The notes under the pieces: generated by a model
Told to the model about the DNA's origin: nothing
Seen by the model: only the letters and a program-made list of their open reading frames with translations
Databases searched by the model: none
Shown: piece by piece, positions 50,613-61,746 of the stretch
Numbering within the stretch: position 1 is the first letter of the stretch
Layout: every line of letters begins with the position of its first letter
Origin: Scyliorhinus canicula
Taxonomy: Eukaryota
DNA: 64,000 nt
Assembly: GCF_902713615.1 (NCBI RefSeq)
Contig: NC_052157.1
Span: forward strand, 60,724,146-60,788,145
Direction: 5' to 3'
Made by a program: the position numbers and the translations under genes

Positions 50613-53600
50613 TGATGGAACCATCAATTCACGAGACACGTGCTTTAAGATATGAACAATGGTTTTAATCTACTTACTACAGAGCCAACCTGTTACCCGT
50701 TGAACTCTCGATGAACTGCAGGCTAGCTCTGGACATGGTTATTTATACAGCAGTCTAGGGGAGGAGTCGTGGGCGGAGCCAAGGGTGGAGCCCTGTACAA
50801 ACTCCTGAGCATTCCCAGAGCTACTCCCCCTAGTGGTCGGATAACGCTACTGCGCTTACAATGGTATTGGTAAATACAGTGTGAATTACTAAGTTACATT
50901 CACCACATGCACCCTCTGCAAAAAAATCAAGTCCGGCAGGGGGTGGTGGTCTACAAAGTAAGTCTGTCCGGTGGTCGAATTGTCCGCTGTGATCTGTGGA
51001 GCACCGGCGTTGCAGCCTCTTGCGGTGGCTGGATGGGTGTTGTGTGCTGGGGTACAATGGCGGACTCCAGGGAGGGTTGTGTCCGAGCTTCATACTCTTC
51101 TGGTTCAACCGGAGACTGGGGGCGCTGGGGGCTGGCCGGTGCGGGTGCACGGAACTGGTGGAGTGACTCGTGGGCTCGGGAGCGCGAGGGGGCGGCAGCA
51201 TGGGGTGTAGGGTGAGGGGTCCTTCTGTGGGAGTAGCGGGGGCGCTGGATCCGGCGGGTGCCAGATCCCGGAGGGATACTGTGTCCTGGCGGCCATCAGG
51301 GAACTCGACGAAGGCGTACTGGGGATTGGAGTGGAGCAGGTGCACCTTCTCAACAAGGGGGTCGGTTTTGTGCGCCCTGTCGTGTTTCCTCAGGAGTACC
51401 GGACCCGGTGTCCTCAGCCATGCCGGAAGTGAGACCCCTGTGGTATTGCCCCTGGAAAAAATGAAGAGCCTCTCGTGAGGGGTCTGATTGGTCGCTGTGC
51501 ATAAGAGAGACCTAATACCGTGGAGCGCGTCTGGGAGGACTTCCTGCCACTGGGAGACTTGGAGCCTTCTAGACCGGAGGGTCAGTAGGATGGTCTTCCA
51601 GACCGTCGCGTTCTCCCTCTCCACCTGCCCGTTCCCCCTGGGGTTGTAGCTAGTAGTCCTGCTCGAGGCAATGCCCTTGTCGAGCAGGTACTGGCGTAGC
51701 TCGTCGCTCATGAAGGACGAACCCTGGTCGCTGTGTACGTAGCTGGGGAAACCAAACAGGGTGAAGATACTATGCAGGGCCCTAATGACTGTGTGAGAGG
51801 TCATGTCGGGGCATGGGATAGCAAATGGGAAACAGGAGAGCTCATCTACGACGTTTAGGAAGTAAACGTTCTTGTTAGTTGAGAGGAGTGGCCCTTTGAA
51901 ATCAATCGCGAGGCGTTCAAAGGGCCTAGAAGCCTTGACCAGGTGGGCCCTGTCTGGTCTATAGAAGTTCGGTTTGCACTCCGCACAGATCGGGCAGTCC
52001 CTGGTGACCGCTTTTACCTCCTCGTTGGAGAAAGGCAGGTTTCGGGCTCTGATGTAGTGGGAGAGCCGGGTGATCCCCGGGTGGCAGAGGTCGTTCTGGA
52101 TGACTTTCAGTCGGTCAATCTGCGCACTGGCGCATGTCCCGCGGGATAGGGCATCCGGAGGCTCGTTGAGCTTCCCGGGTCGATACTTAATATCGTAATT
52201 ATAGGTGGAGAGTTTGATCCTCCACCGAAGAATTTTATCATTTTTTATTTTGCCCCTTTGCGAGTTATCAAACATAAAGGCAACCGATCTTTGGTCGGTG
52301 ATGAGGGTGATCCTCCTACCTGCGAGGTAGTGCCTCCAGTAACGAATAGCCTCCACAATGGCTTGTGCTTCTTTCTCGACTGAGGAGTGTCGGAGTTCTG
52401 AAGCGGAGAGGGTACGGGAGAAAAAAGCGACTGGTCTCCCTGCCTGATTTAGTGTGGCTGCTACAGCTACCTCTGAGGCGTCGCTCTCAACCTGGATTGG
52501 AGTGGATTCATCCACCGCCCGCATGGCTGCTTTGTCGATGTCCTCCTTGATGCAGTTGAAGGCCTGGCGCGCCTCAGCAGACAGGGGAAATCGTGTGGCC
52601 TTAAAGAGTGGGCGGGCTTTGTCCGCATATTGAGGGACCCACTGGGCGTAGAAGCCCAAGCACCGTTTGAGGGCCTTGGGGCAATGGGGGAGGGGGAGCA
52701 TGCGGTCCGGGTCTGGGCCCAGGACTCCGTTTTCCATGACGTAGCCAAGGATGGCCAGTCTGTTTGTGCGGAAAACGCATTTCTCTTTGTTGTAGGTGAT
52801 GTTTAATTTCTGTGCCGTCTGGAAAAAACGGTGGAGGTTGACGTCGTGGTCCTGCTGGTCATGGCCGCAGATGGTGACATTGTCCAAGTACGGAAACGTG
52901 GCCCGCAGCCCGTACTGGTCCACCATTCGGTCCATTGCTCGTTGGAACACCGAGACCCCATTAGTGACGCCGAAGGGGACCCGGAGGAAATGGAAGAAGC
53001 GGCCATCCACCTCGAATGCCGTGTAGTGGCAGATTTTGTCGTGGTTCCCCAGGACGACAATTTGTTCGTACCGATTAAAACACCGAGAGTCTGAGAAGCG
53101 ATCTTTCAAGCAGTGAACTTTATTTTTCCTAGCACAAGAAAAACAAAGCTGGGATGTCCGGAACAATCCGACGAGCCTCAGGGCTTACTGTCTTTTATGT
53201 ACATTTCAACTCCATATCTCAAACTCTGATCTTACTTTACAGCCCTCTTATCTTGCTTTCCAATCTGACCTTGCTTTGGCCACCATTGTTTTTAGTTGGC
53301 CCTTTATCTGTCCCATTCGAGATTGGTCGCTCCCTATTTCCTCTCTTTGCTTCTTAAACCATGGTGGTTATAACTCTTGTCCTTATCTTGTTCCTGTGTA
53401 AACTTCCCTGCTTGTGAAACAATTGTGGTTTTGCTGACTTAGGCCGAATGTACAGAAAAACATGCTCACTCTATTCTTGTCTTTTTATGGCCATTATTTA
53501 TGGTCAACCATTAAGTTGAGCCACTGAGCCGTGTTCATTGTTCTCCCAAGTGACTATTATTTGTCTTTGTTAATTAGTAAATGCTATACTACTTTTCTGG

Positions 53601-54030
53601 GTCTTCTGCTTTAATCATATTAACTATACTTGATTACATTAGGTCACACGAGGTATATTAACTATACTTGATTACATTAGGTCACACGAGGTTACCCTAG
53701 GTTACATACTCACCTAAATCTACTTTGTCATTTCACTAAAACCTATGATTCTGAACTTCATACCTAACTCATACAATATCCAGTACAAATTCCCTTACAT
53801 CCTCCGGGCAGATTGGGAGCTGGTGGTATGCAGACTTCAGATCCACCGTGGAAAAGAGCCGATACTAGGCGATCTGATTTACCATGTCTGCAATCCTGGG
53901 GAGGGGATACGCGTCGAGGAGCGTAAATCTATTTATGGTCTGACTATAGTCGACAACCATGCAGAATTTTTCCCTGGTCTTAACGACCACCACCTGAGCT
54001 CTCCAGGGACTATTGCTGGCCTCTATAATC
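50613..54030 (-). mobile_element. pol: 5'-truncated Gypsy element (pol plus 3' LTR 50613-50907), RT interrupted by an LTR at 53037-53799
   Basis: MVVDYSQTINRFTLLDAYPLPRIADMV (53880-53960) joins HYTAFEVDGR (~53030); the RT-RH-IN frame is open down to 50830. Confidence 0.88.
53037..53799 (-). mobile_element. Solo LTR inserted in Gypsy RT
   Basis: TGTAAGGG...CACGACA on the minus strand, AATAAA near the 3' end; clean TSD not seen. Confidence 0.65.
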
Positions 54031-55205
54031 TGTTGCGACTTCTTGGGTGAGTGTGCTTAACACTCAATCTGGCTGTTTCTTTACCTAGCTCTGGAGTCGC
54101 CAGGTATCGTTAAGACACCGCCACAAGTTCAAGGTGAAGTTCAAAGCAATAAAACCATACACCAATTAGTAAGTCCAAACAACTGAGTTTATTATAATAG
54201 AATTATAATAACTACCCATGCACACGCTAAAAGGATTAAACTTATTCCTACCACTAAATAAACTAATACTTATCTCGAAGGAACTGCCGGGTCAGGGAAC
54301 AAGGCCTCTTGCTCTGCTCTGGTCTGCAGACTTCAGGTTGGTATAAGTTAAAAGGGGTCAGGAGTGTCTATCTCTGGTAGTGATCGTTGTGAGACACTTA
54401 CTTGCTGGCGGCTGCTGTCCGAACCCTCTCCTCTCTCTCGTTCAAGGTCTTCTTGGCAAAAGCTGGTCGAGGTGCTGGTCCACGGAGGAGTGCTGGTCAA
54501 AGAGAGAGGAGGGCTGGACGAGAAGGCTGAACCATGTGTGGGACCTGTCTTTTATAGGTCCCAGGGATCCGCGCCCCTTTGGGCTGACTCCCTTACCTGC
54601 TTGGAATCGATTGGGTCTCTTCCCAATCGATATGTTTGAATCCCCCCAATACTGAGGCTGTTCCTTAGCTACTGGGTGGGCCTTCAGGCTCTTTGTTTTC
54701 GAACCTTGCTGGTGCCTGAGTGTCTGGTATCCTTTACAATGTTGCAGTTGCTTCCCCAATTGTGTCCATTGTCTCTGGAATCGTTCCATTAACATGCTAA
54801 TTATCCCGGTGATTGCCTCATTAGTATGCGGAATGTTCGTTTCGGTGCTGTCTGCTTTCTTAGCAGACAGAATCCACACCTGCTAGGTGCAGCCTGCTGG
54901 GGCTGCAAACATTGTCCATTTTATCCTGTATGCTTTGAGTTCCTCCATTTTGTATTTAGGGAAATGGCCAACTTCGGTGGCTACAGATACACGTCCAAGG
55001 TAAATGCACTGGGTCTTGTGAAGGCTGCCTGAGAGGTGCTCTGAGCCCCACCTCCTGCACCCAACACCGGGAGACAGATGGAACATTTCTGTGGCAATTT
55101 TAAAGTTCAGGCATGTACTATTTATGACAAGTTTCCTGTGCAACAAGAACAATTCTGGTCATCAAGTATTTTAAATGAAAATATATCAGTGCCGCACTTC
55201 GAAAC
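54031..55205. repeat. Copy of LTR (54031-54985) plus 220 bp of B7-gene-region sequence, matching 25539-28012 minus the L1
   Basis: Near-identical sequence by eye; flanks AATC / GATA do not form a TSD. Confidence 0.88.
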
Positions 55206-55461
55206 AGGCAATGTGGAGGAGCCGAATAATTTGGTCAGGGATCAATGTCCCTATTCCATCTTTATCATAATCGATCTATCCAGGTTCTGATTCTTGGGTT
55301 GCTCCCCCAGATTGCCTGCTCCTGACAGTCATCAGCCAAAAACCTTCCCACCTTTGCCAAGGGAAGGGAAAAAGACTGATTCCTGTGTACAGACTAAGTT
55401 CTCCTAGTCTCGTGCGGATTTCAGCCAGGTGCTATTGTTGTTACAAAGCGATCTTCCATTA

Positions 55462-57183
55462 TTATAGTCCTTTCACAGAGTGATGAGTTTCAATCTCGAC
55501 CAAGGTCATGGTGAATCCACTCATCGGAGGCAGCTCAAGGTTTTCCCGTTCCTCTGTTTTTCCTCGTGAGCGTGAGCTGCTTGTCACCATCATCTGCCGT
55601 GCTGCAACTCTGGTAAGGAAGGATCTCAGGGTGGGTAGAAAACAACAAAATATGAATCCTAGAATGGTTATGATTGTGATTGCTACAGCTCCAGCTTTGG
55701 CAAACCATGCCCCCCATCTTCCTAACATTCTATCCAACCAACTCCATGCCTCATGCCCAAACCCAGCATTTTCTTTCACTTCTGTCCTAAGATTCTTCAA
55801 CTTATTCATGGCTTGTGTAAATGACCCCTCTGGATCAGTGTTGTTAGGGATAAATGTGCAACACTGGTCTCCAAACATAACACAGACCCCTCCTTTCTCT
55901 GCCAGGAGCCAATCTAATGCCTGTCGATTTTGCCATGCCATTTTACTGGTCGCATCCAACTGCTCTCCCAATGCTTCCAGGGCATCATTCGAATAATTAA
56001 TAAACCTCTGCTGATTATAATAGATGTAATTGATCCACTCAGTGTTTTTGCTGGGTGTGATCCAAACAAAGATGGATTCAAACCCTGCAGCTATTTCGTT
56101 CCTAGCTTTGAACTCATTCGGAATGCCTCGGGGCTGTCCGATTGCGTCTAGTTGTACCCTAGGGTCAGGGGTATATGCCCTCTTAACTTTTCGTGATTTA
56201 ATTTCTTTTTCCACCGGCAGTATTACAGTGCTCTGGGCCAACATAACTCGGGCACACAGTCCCCTCCAATTCAGTGGTAAGTGTGCCAGCAGCCCTTTTT
56301 CCGGGCCACAAAGCCACCAGAGATCGGCCAGGTGGTTTACTTGATAGTCTAATACATAAGGAGGGGGTGGCGATCCCCCATCAACTGGGATGATCAGACT
56401 ACGGGCGTCAGTTATATTCCAAATTCTTTCACACTCTCCTGTGTAGTGTCCCAAACTACTCCCCGTGCTGCTTCCCCTCCAATAACAATCTTGGATTCGT
56501 AAGTCAGGCTGCACCCTCCATTCCTTTGGGGCCGCGTCCATTGCCGTTCTTGGCCAATTTGGACAATTGTGGGCTATATTGTACATGCCCTTTTTTACCC
56601 CAGCAAGCAGGACACACACGTAGGGACATATCGGCGGCTGCCCTTTACAAAGGTCAATACATGCGGATCCTGAACAGTTTATCGTCTCATACGTGAGCGT
56701 CCTAATCCCTGTCTTATATGTCTGTGTATATGTGGTGTGTGCACGGCAATTTTTCTGTTTCCAGATTTGCCGCATGGTTCTACATTCTCCTGATCCCCAT
56801 GGTACATCAATTACTTGGGTGTTAGGTCTCTCTGATGCACATACCACACAATCTTTCCCCTCACTGTTTTTCTGACCTGTATACTCAGCCCATTTCCACC
56901 ATTTGTTTCTTGTTGCTTTCTCCCAAACAGTATTCGTACTCACTAATCGTCTACGTCTTGTTTGTCTTAATACTCTACCTTCCTGATTCTGCACCCCTAT
57001 GTCCTCTGCATCCCACTTTCCTTTTTTATGGGTCAAGGAAGTCCTCAAGGGAAATAGTGTCCAAGTCCCAGGTGGGAAACGAGGCCCTTTCCCTGTTCTC
57101 ACCTCCCTCGGCACCTTGACTAACAGGCTCAGGCTGGGCATTTGTATCATCAGCCAGCTCATGCACAGAACCACTCTCATCAT
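55462..57183 (-). CDS. env: Retroviral envelope glycoprotein, open 573-aa ORF
   Basis: CVVC (CXXC), furin site RKVKR, immunosuppressive-like WQNRQALDWLLAEKGG, CX6CC (CVMFGDQCC), TM AVAITIITILGFIFCCFL. Confidence 0.92.
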   Translation of the reverse strand: MMRVVLCMSWLMIQMPSLSLLVKVPREVRTGKGPRFPPGTWTLFPLRTSLTHKKGKWDAEDIGVQNQEGRVLRQTRRRRLVSTNTVWEKATRNKWWKWAEYTGQKNSEGKDCVVCASERPNTQVIDVPWGSGECRTMRQIWKQKNCRAHTTYTQTYKTGIRTLTYETINCSGSACIDLCKGQPPICPYVCVLLAGVKKGMYNIAHNCPNWPRTAMDAAPKEWRVQPDLRIQDCYWRGSSTGSSLGHYTGECERIWNITDARSLIIPVDGGSPPPPYVLDYQVNHLADLWWLCGPEKGLLAHLPLNWRGLCARVMLAQSTVILPVEKEIKSRKVKRAYTPDPRVQLDAIGQPRGIPNEFKARNEIAAGFESIFVWITPSKNTEWINYIYYNQQRFINYSNDALEALGEQLDATSKMAWQNRQALDWLLAEKGGVCVMFGDQCCTFIPNNTDPEGSFTQAMNKLKNLRTEVKENAGFGHEAWSWLDRMLGRWGAWFAKAGAVAITIITILGFIFCCFLPTLRSFLTRVAARQMMVTSSSRSRGKTEERENLELPPMSGFTMTLVEIETHHSVKGL

Positions 57184-60100
57184 CTGCTACTATTTCTGTT
57201 CTACTTTGGCTCTGCTCCTCCTCCTCACGATTCTCCTCGTGTAGTGCTATCTCTTCCTCGCTGCTACTCCTATCCGCCCTGCCACTATCTCCAGTCTCCC
57301 TTCTCTCCCCTACCCCGGGTACCGTTCTGGTGCAATGGTTCAAGTGATACCACAGTGTACTGCCTTCTACTTGCAACGCCGTGGGAGATACTTTGGTGAC
57401 GTCAAACGGCCCTTCTCGTCTGGGTTCATGCCAATGTCTCCGGAACTTTCTGATGTATACTTGATCTCCCGGTTTGATCTGGTGTTCCGTTGCAGGGCTC
57501 TCCTCCTCCTTGGCCTTTTCCTGTTCAAAAATAGTTCTATGTATAAAAGTTAATTGTCGTACATACTCTCTTGTGTCCTGATCTAAACACTCCAACGCGG
57601 GGCCCCCTGCTCCCCCGATCTTTGGCACCGGCATTACTCTTCCTGTCATCATCTCATGTGGGCTTAAATGTGTGATTCTGTTTTCCTGACTCCTGTATTG
57701 CATTAGAGCCAATGGCAGAGCATCTATCCAGTTTTTTCCTGTCTCGCTGCAAATTTTGCTTATTTTAGCCTTGAGGGTTCCGTTTGCTCTCTCCACCATT
57801 CCTTGGGATTGAGGATGATACACACATCCAAACTTCTGCTTTATTCGGAGTGCTGAGAGTGTCTCTCTCAGTGCCCTCCCTATAAAAGCAGATCCATTGT
57901 CTGAACTTAATTGCATGGGTATGCCAAATCTTGGGATAATTTCTTTTGACAGGAAGTTAATTACCGTTCCAGATCCTTGATCTTTGGATGGCGTTGCTTC
58001 TATCCATCTGCTGAATCTATCAATAATCACTAGCATGTATCTTTTCCCCCTTACCACCTTTCCCATATCCACATAGTCCATGCATAGATGTTTAAACGGC
58101 CCTTCTGGAATGGGTATATGCCCTATTGGGGCAGTAATGCCCTTCCTGATATTATTCTGAGCACACACCTCACACAGACCTAGTATATAGTCAATTGAGT
58201 TTTGCAGGTATGGTGACCAGAATCCTTCCTTCTTAATCTTCCTAGCCACTTCTCCTCTTGCACAGTGATCCACTCCATGTGCTTCACTAATTAGTACGGT
58301 TAGTAATGATGTGGGTGCTATGACCAACCCCTCCCCATTTCTCCATATTTTGTCATGTTGTCCCTGTAGTGCTCCTCTATCTTTCCACATTGTTTTTTCA
58401 GCTACAGGGGCTTCGTCCTGTAACTGTGCCACATCTTCTAATGTGATTTGAGGTTCGATATTCCCCACACCTGGCCCTGGGTGCGGCCTTGCTATTTCTA
58501 CTGGGGCTATCGTAGCCTCAATGTATCCTGACGCTTCTTTAGCCGCCTTGTCGGCTTTGGTATTTCCCTGTGTGATGCTATCCGTTCCCTTTTTATGCGC
58601 CTGACACTTAATTATGGCTAATTCCCTTGGACCCATCATAGCCCTTATTAAAGCCCTGATTTGACCTTCGTGTTGAATTGGACCTCCTCCGCTTTTCATA
58701 AATCCCCTTTGCTTCCATATTGCCCCAAACAGGTGGCAAACCCCGTGGGCATAGGCCGAATCAGTATAAATTTCCACTGCTTCCCCGTTTGCTAACTCAC
58801 ATGCTCTGGTCAGTGCTGCAAGCTCCGCTAACTGGGCTGAGCATGGCTGCTCACATTCTTTTGCCTCCAGTACCTCAAATGTTTTCCCTTTCTGTTCAAC
58901 TACTGCATAGCCAGCATGATTTCCCCTATGATCCCTATGACACGAGCCATCAACATACAACGTTCTCTTTTCTTCTGTGTTTAACCTATCTGCCTTCAGA
59001 TCTTTCCTCAGTTTCATAAACACTTTTGTCTCTCTTACACACTCATGCTCCTCTCCCTCATGTGGCAATGGCATATATTCAGCTGGGTTGGCCCTATTGC
59101 ACTTCACTATCGTAAAGTCCGGGAATGTGGTCAGCATTTGAAAATGGTGAATTCTAGCCGGCGTCAGAACAAACTTCCCTTTTTCAATCAATTCAGCAAC
59201 TTTATGGTATACATGTATGTTTATCGGATATCCCATTGTGACCGTAGCTGCCTTTTCGTACGCCCACCAAGCTGCTGCCAGGCCTTGATAGCACGGAGGG
59301 TATCCCATTGCTACGTCATCTAGCTTGGTACTATAATATGCTACAGTCTGCCTTCGCCTCCCCTTGCAATTTTCCTGTGTTAACACTGCTGTAGCAAATC
59401 CGGCTTCTCTGTTACTCACAAATAAGTCAAAGGGTTTGTCATAGGTCGGTAAAGCCAATGCTGGTGCCTGTGCCATTTCTCTCTTTATATTCTCAAATGC
59501 GTCTAACGCATCTTTATCCCATTTTAGTTTGGCTTTTAATTCTTCACACCCTGCTTCCTTCATAATCTTTCGTAGTGCCTGCGTTTTTTCTGCATAGCTT
59601 TCCACCCATTCTGAACTGAATCCTGTCATTCCCAAAAATGTCATCATTTGTCCCACCGTCTGTGGTTTCGGAATTTTTAGTACTGCTTCTATTTGCTGTG
59701 AAGCTATCCCCTTCTGCCCTGCTGATATTTCTCTCCCCAAGTATTCTACCTTTCTCTGGCACAGCTGCAGCTTCTTCCAGGATACTTTATGACCCCCTTC
59801 TGCTAGTCTTTTTAAAAGTTTTAAACTATCCTTCCTGCATTGTTCTTGTGTTTCTGTGCATAATAGTAAATCATCCACATATTGTATCAGTGTTCCTTCC
59901 AACTGTATTCCTTCTAAATCTGCTCTCAACACCTGATTGAATACATGTGGGGAATGTTTAAATCCTTGGGGCATTCTATTGTATGTGTATTGTTTCCCCT
60001 CGTACGTAAATGCAAAGAGATACTGACTTTCTTGAGCTAGTGGCACACTAAAAAATGCCGAACATAGGTCGATTACAGTAAACCATCTACTTTCAGGTGG

Positions 60101-61207
60101 TATATTTGTCAACAAGGTGTAAGGGTTTGGAACCTCTACTGGCATATCTTCCACTACCTCATTAATTGCCCTTAGGTCATGCACCAATCTCCATTTTTCT
60201 CCGTCCGCCTTTTTTACTGGTAGGAGCGGTGTATTACACCTGCTCCGGGTTTCCTTTAATACCCCTGCTTCTATCAATCCCTTAATCGTTTCTCTAATTC
60301 CTTCAATTGCTTCTGTCTTGATTGGGTATTGTGGCCTATAGGGCCCCTGGCGTCCTGTCTTTAATCTGACTTCAACTGGATTAGTGTTTTTAACCCTCCC
60401 TACATCCGTGTCCTGTCTGGACCACAACTCCTGTGGGAGGGAGTTCAAATCCTGCTCTAAGCTCTCTCTCCATTCCAGTTCCTGTTTCTCACTTTGCACT
60501 CCTATTGTTATCTGCTTTGGTTTCCCAAGCATCTTAACATCCAAAATTATTTTCGTCATTTGTCCATCGCTGGACGTCCAAATATCTACATTGTCTGTCT
60601 GGACAAATTCTAAGTCTTGTGCTCTCAACACCATTGGTCCTAGGTCCTTTGATCTATATCCCGGATTTACTTTCAATGTGACATGTGGCTCCGCCCCAGG
60701 TACAGAGAACCATTTGTCAATCCATTCATTCCTAACGATTGCGAGGGCCACTCCCTCTAGTCCAATTAAAATACTTCCTGACTTTATTTCCTGTTCTCGT
60801 CCCGCCTCCCTTTCCCATTTCTCCTGTATTTCAGGTTCCTGCCCTTCATCAAATATCATTGTACAGTGTAATTCTGTTCTCGGCCCTTTGGCTTGTGGAA
60901 CCCAAGTGTCTATAAGTTTTTCCCAAACTTCCCATATCTGTTTTTTAATTTGTTCCTCTATATCTCCCAGCCAATATACATTAACCCCTTCCTTTCCTGG
61001 TATCTCAAGTGAATACATTCCCATCAAATCAATTCCTTGTTCGGTGCATTCTAATTTCAGTCCTAGACCTAGGATTGCATCCCTTCCCAATAGGTTTAAA
61101 GGAGTTTTATCACATACTAAAACAGGTACATGGGTAGTTTTGTTTCCAATGGTAACAGGCACCGGCGTCGTCATTCGAGCTAGTGTTATTTTCCCCGAGA
61201 AAATCAC
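57026..61207 (-). CDS. pol: Retroviral Pol: protease C-half, 2H-like insert, RT, RNase H, integrase; open 1393 aa
   Basis: LLGRD; RMPQGFKHSP; QYVDDLL; LYVDGS; YTDSAY; H..H..C..C; MDYVD / SDNGS / VERAN. Confidence 0.95.
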   Translation of the reverse strand: MIFSGKITLARMTTPVPVTIGNKTTHVPVLVCDKTPLNLLGRDAILGLGLKLECTEQGIDLMGMYSLEIPGKEGVNVYWLGDIEEQIKKQIWEVWEKLIDTWVPQAKGPRTELHCTMIFDEGQEPEIQEKWEREAGREQEIKSGSILIGLEGVALAIVRNEWIDKWFSVPGAEPHVTLKVNPGYRSKDLGPMVLRAQDLEFVQTDNVDIWTSSDGQMTKIILDVKMLGKPKQITIGVQSEKQELEWRESLEQDLNSLPQELWSRQDTDVGRVKNTNPVEVRLKTGRQGPYRPQYPIKTEAIEGIRETIKGLIEAGVLKETRSRCNTPLLPVKKADGEKWRLVHDLRAINEVVEDMPVEVPNPYTLLTNIPPESRWFTVIDLCSAFFSVPLAQESQYLFAFTYEGKQYTYNRMPQGFKHSPHVFNQVLRADLEGIQLEGTLIQYVDDLLLCTETQEQCRKDSLKLLKRLAEGGHKVSWKKLQLCQRKVEYLGREISAGQKGIASQQIEAVLKIPKPQTVGQMMTFLGMTGFSSEWVESYAEKTQALRKIMKEAGCEELKAKLKWDKDALDAFENIKREMAQAPALALPTYDKPFDLFVSNREAGFATAVLTQENCKGRRRQTVAYYSTKLDDVAMGYPPCYQGLAAAWWAYEKAATVTMGYPINIHVYHKVAELIEKGKFVLTPARIHHFQMLTTFPDFTIVKCNRANPAEYMPLPHEGEEHECVRETKVFMKLRKDLKADRLNTEEKRTLYVDGSCHRDHRGNHAGYAVVEQKGKTFEVLEAKECEQPCSAQLAELAALTRACELANGEAVEIYTDSAYAHGVCHLFGAIWKQRGFMKSGGGPIQHEGQIRALIRAMMGPRELAIIKCQAHKKGTDSITQGNTKADKAAKEASGYIEATIAPVEIARPHPGPGVGNIEPQITLEDVAQLQDEAPVAEKTMWKDRGALQGQHDKIWRNGEGLVIAPTSLLTVLISEAHGVDHCARGEVARKIKKEGFWSPYLQNSIDYILGLCEVCAQNNIRKGITAPIGHIPIPEGPFKHLCMDYVDMGKVVRGKRYMLVIIDRFSRWIEATPSKDQGSGTVINFLSKEIIPRFGIPMQLSSDNGSAFIGRALRETLSALRIKQKFGCVYHPQSQGMVERANGTLKAKISKICSETGKNWIDALPLALMQYRSQENRITHLSPHEMMTGRVMPVPKIGGAGGPALECLDQDTREYVRQLTFIHRTIFEQEKAKEEESPATEHQIKPGDQVYIRKFRRHWHEPRREGPFDVTKVSPTALQVEGSTLWYHLNHCTRTVPGVGERRETGDSGRADRSSSEEEIALHEENREEEEQSQSRTEIVADDESGSVHELADDTNAQPEPVSQGAEGGENRERASFPTWDLDTISLEDFLDP

Positions 61208-61546
61208 GGTAGCATGGTGGTTGTCACGGTAGCATGGTGGTTAGCATCAATGCTTCACAGCTCCAGGGTCCCAGGTTCGATTCCCGGCTGGGTCACTGTC
61301 TGTGTGGAGTCTGCACGTCCTCCCCGTGTGTGCGTGGGTTTCCTCCGGGTGCTCCGGTTTCCTCCCACAGTCCAAAGATGTGCAGGTTAGGTGGATTGGC
61401 CATGCTAAATTGCCCGTAGTGTAAGGTTAATGGGGGGATTGTTGGGATACGGGTTACGTGGGTTTAAGTAGGGTGATCATTGCTCGGCACAACATCGAGG
61501 GCTGAAGGGCCTGTTCTGTGCTGTACTGTTCTATGTTCTATGTTCT
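61205..61546 (+). mobile_element. SINE inserted in the ERV protease; 20-bp 5' duplication
   Basis: HE1/SacSINE1-like body with (TTCTATG)n tail; splits K-T-V-G|F-S-G-K. Confidence 0.9.
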
Positions 61547-61746
61547 AACCCCACAGTTTTTACAAACCGGTTTGACAATGGTAGGTGATCCGCATATTTC
61601 GTTTGTATGCACGTACACGTGGCGCCGGTGTCTATCATCATGGGGACCTCGATCCCGCCTACTCTAACATTAACTATAGGTTCCTGCTCTGCGGTTTCCG
61701 TTATTTGTACGTACTGTCCTACCATTTCGGGGTTCTCTGGGCCTCT
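61547..61746 (-). pseudogene. pro: ERV protease N-half, in frame with gag after the amber codon
   Basis: MMIDTGAT; GCA TAG AGA GGC CCA...ATG GTA is the same frame as gag. Confidence 0.88.

Noticed and set aside
50830-53166. 778-aa ORF as an intact novel protein
   Set aside because: The N-terminal ~45 aa are read from an inserted LTR; the rest is truncated Gypsy pol
53707-54045. ERV accessory-gene region or ERV 3' LTR
   Set aside because: The minus strand translates to Gypsy RT (DAYPLPRIADMV), so it belongs to the Gypsy element
55206-55461. Accessory ORF downstream of env
   Set aside because: Only a 12-codon ORF; no PPT or LTR start visible
60384-61232. 282-aa antisense ORF over pol, and other shadow ORFs over LINEs, MITEs and GC-rich repeats
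   Set aside because: Explained by codon bias and GC content of the opposite-strand or repeat sequence; no recognisable motifs
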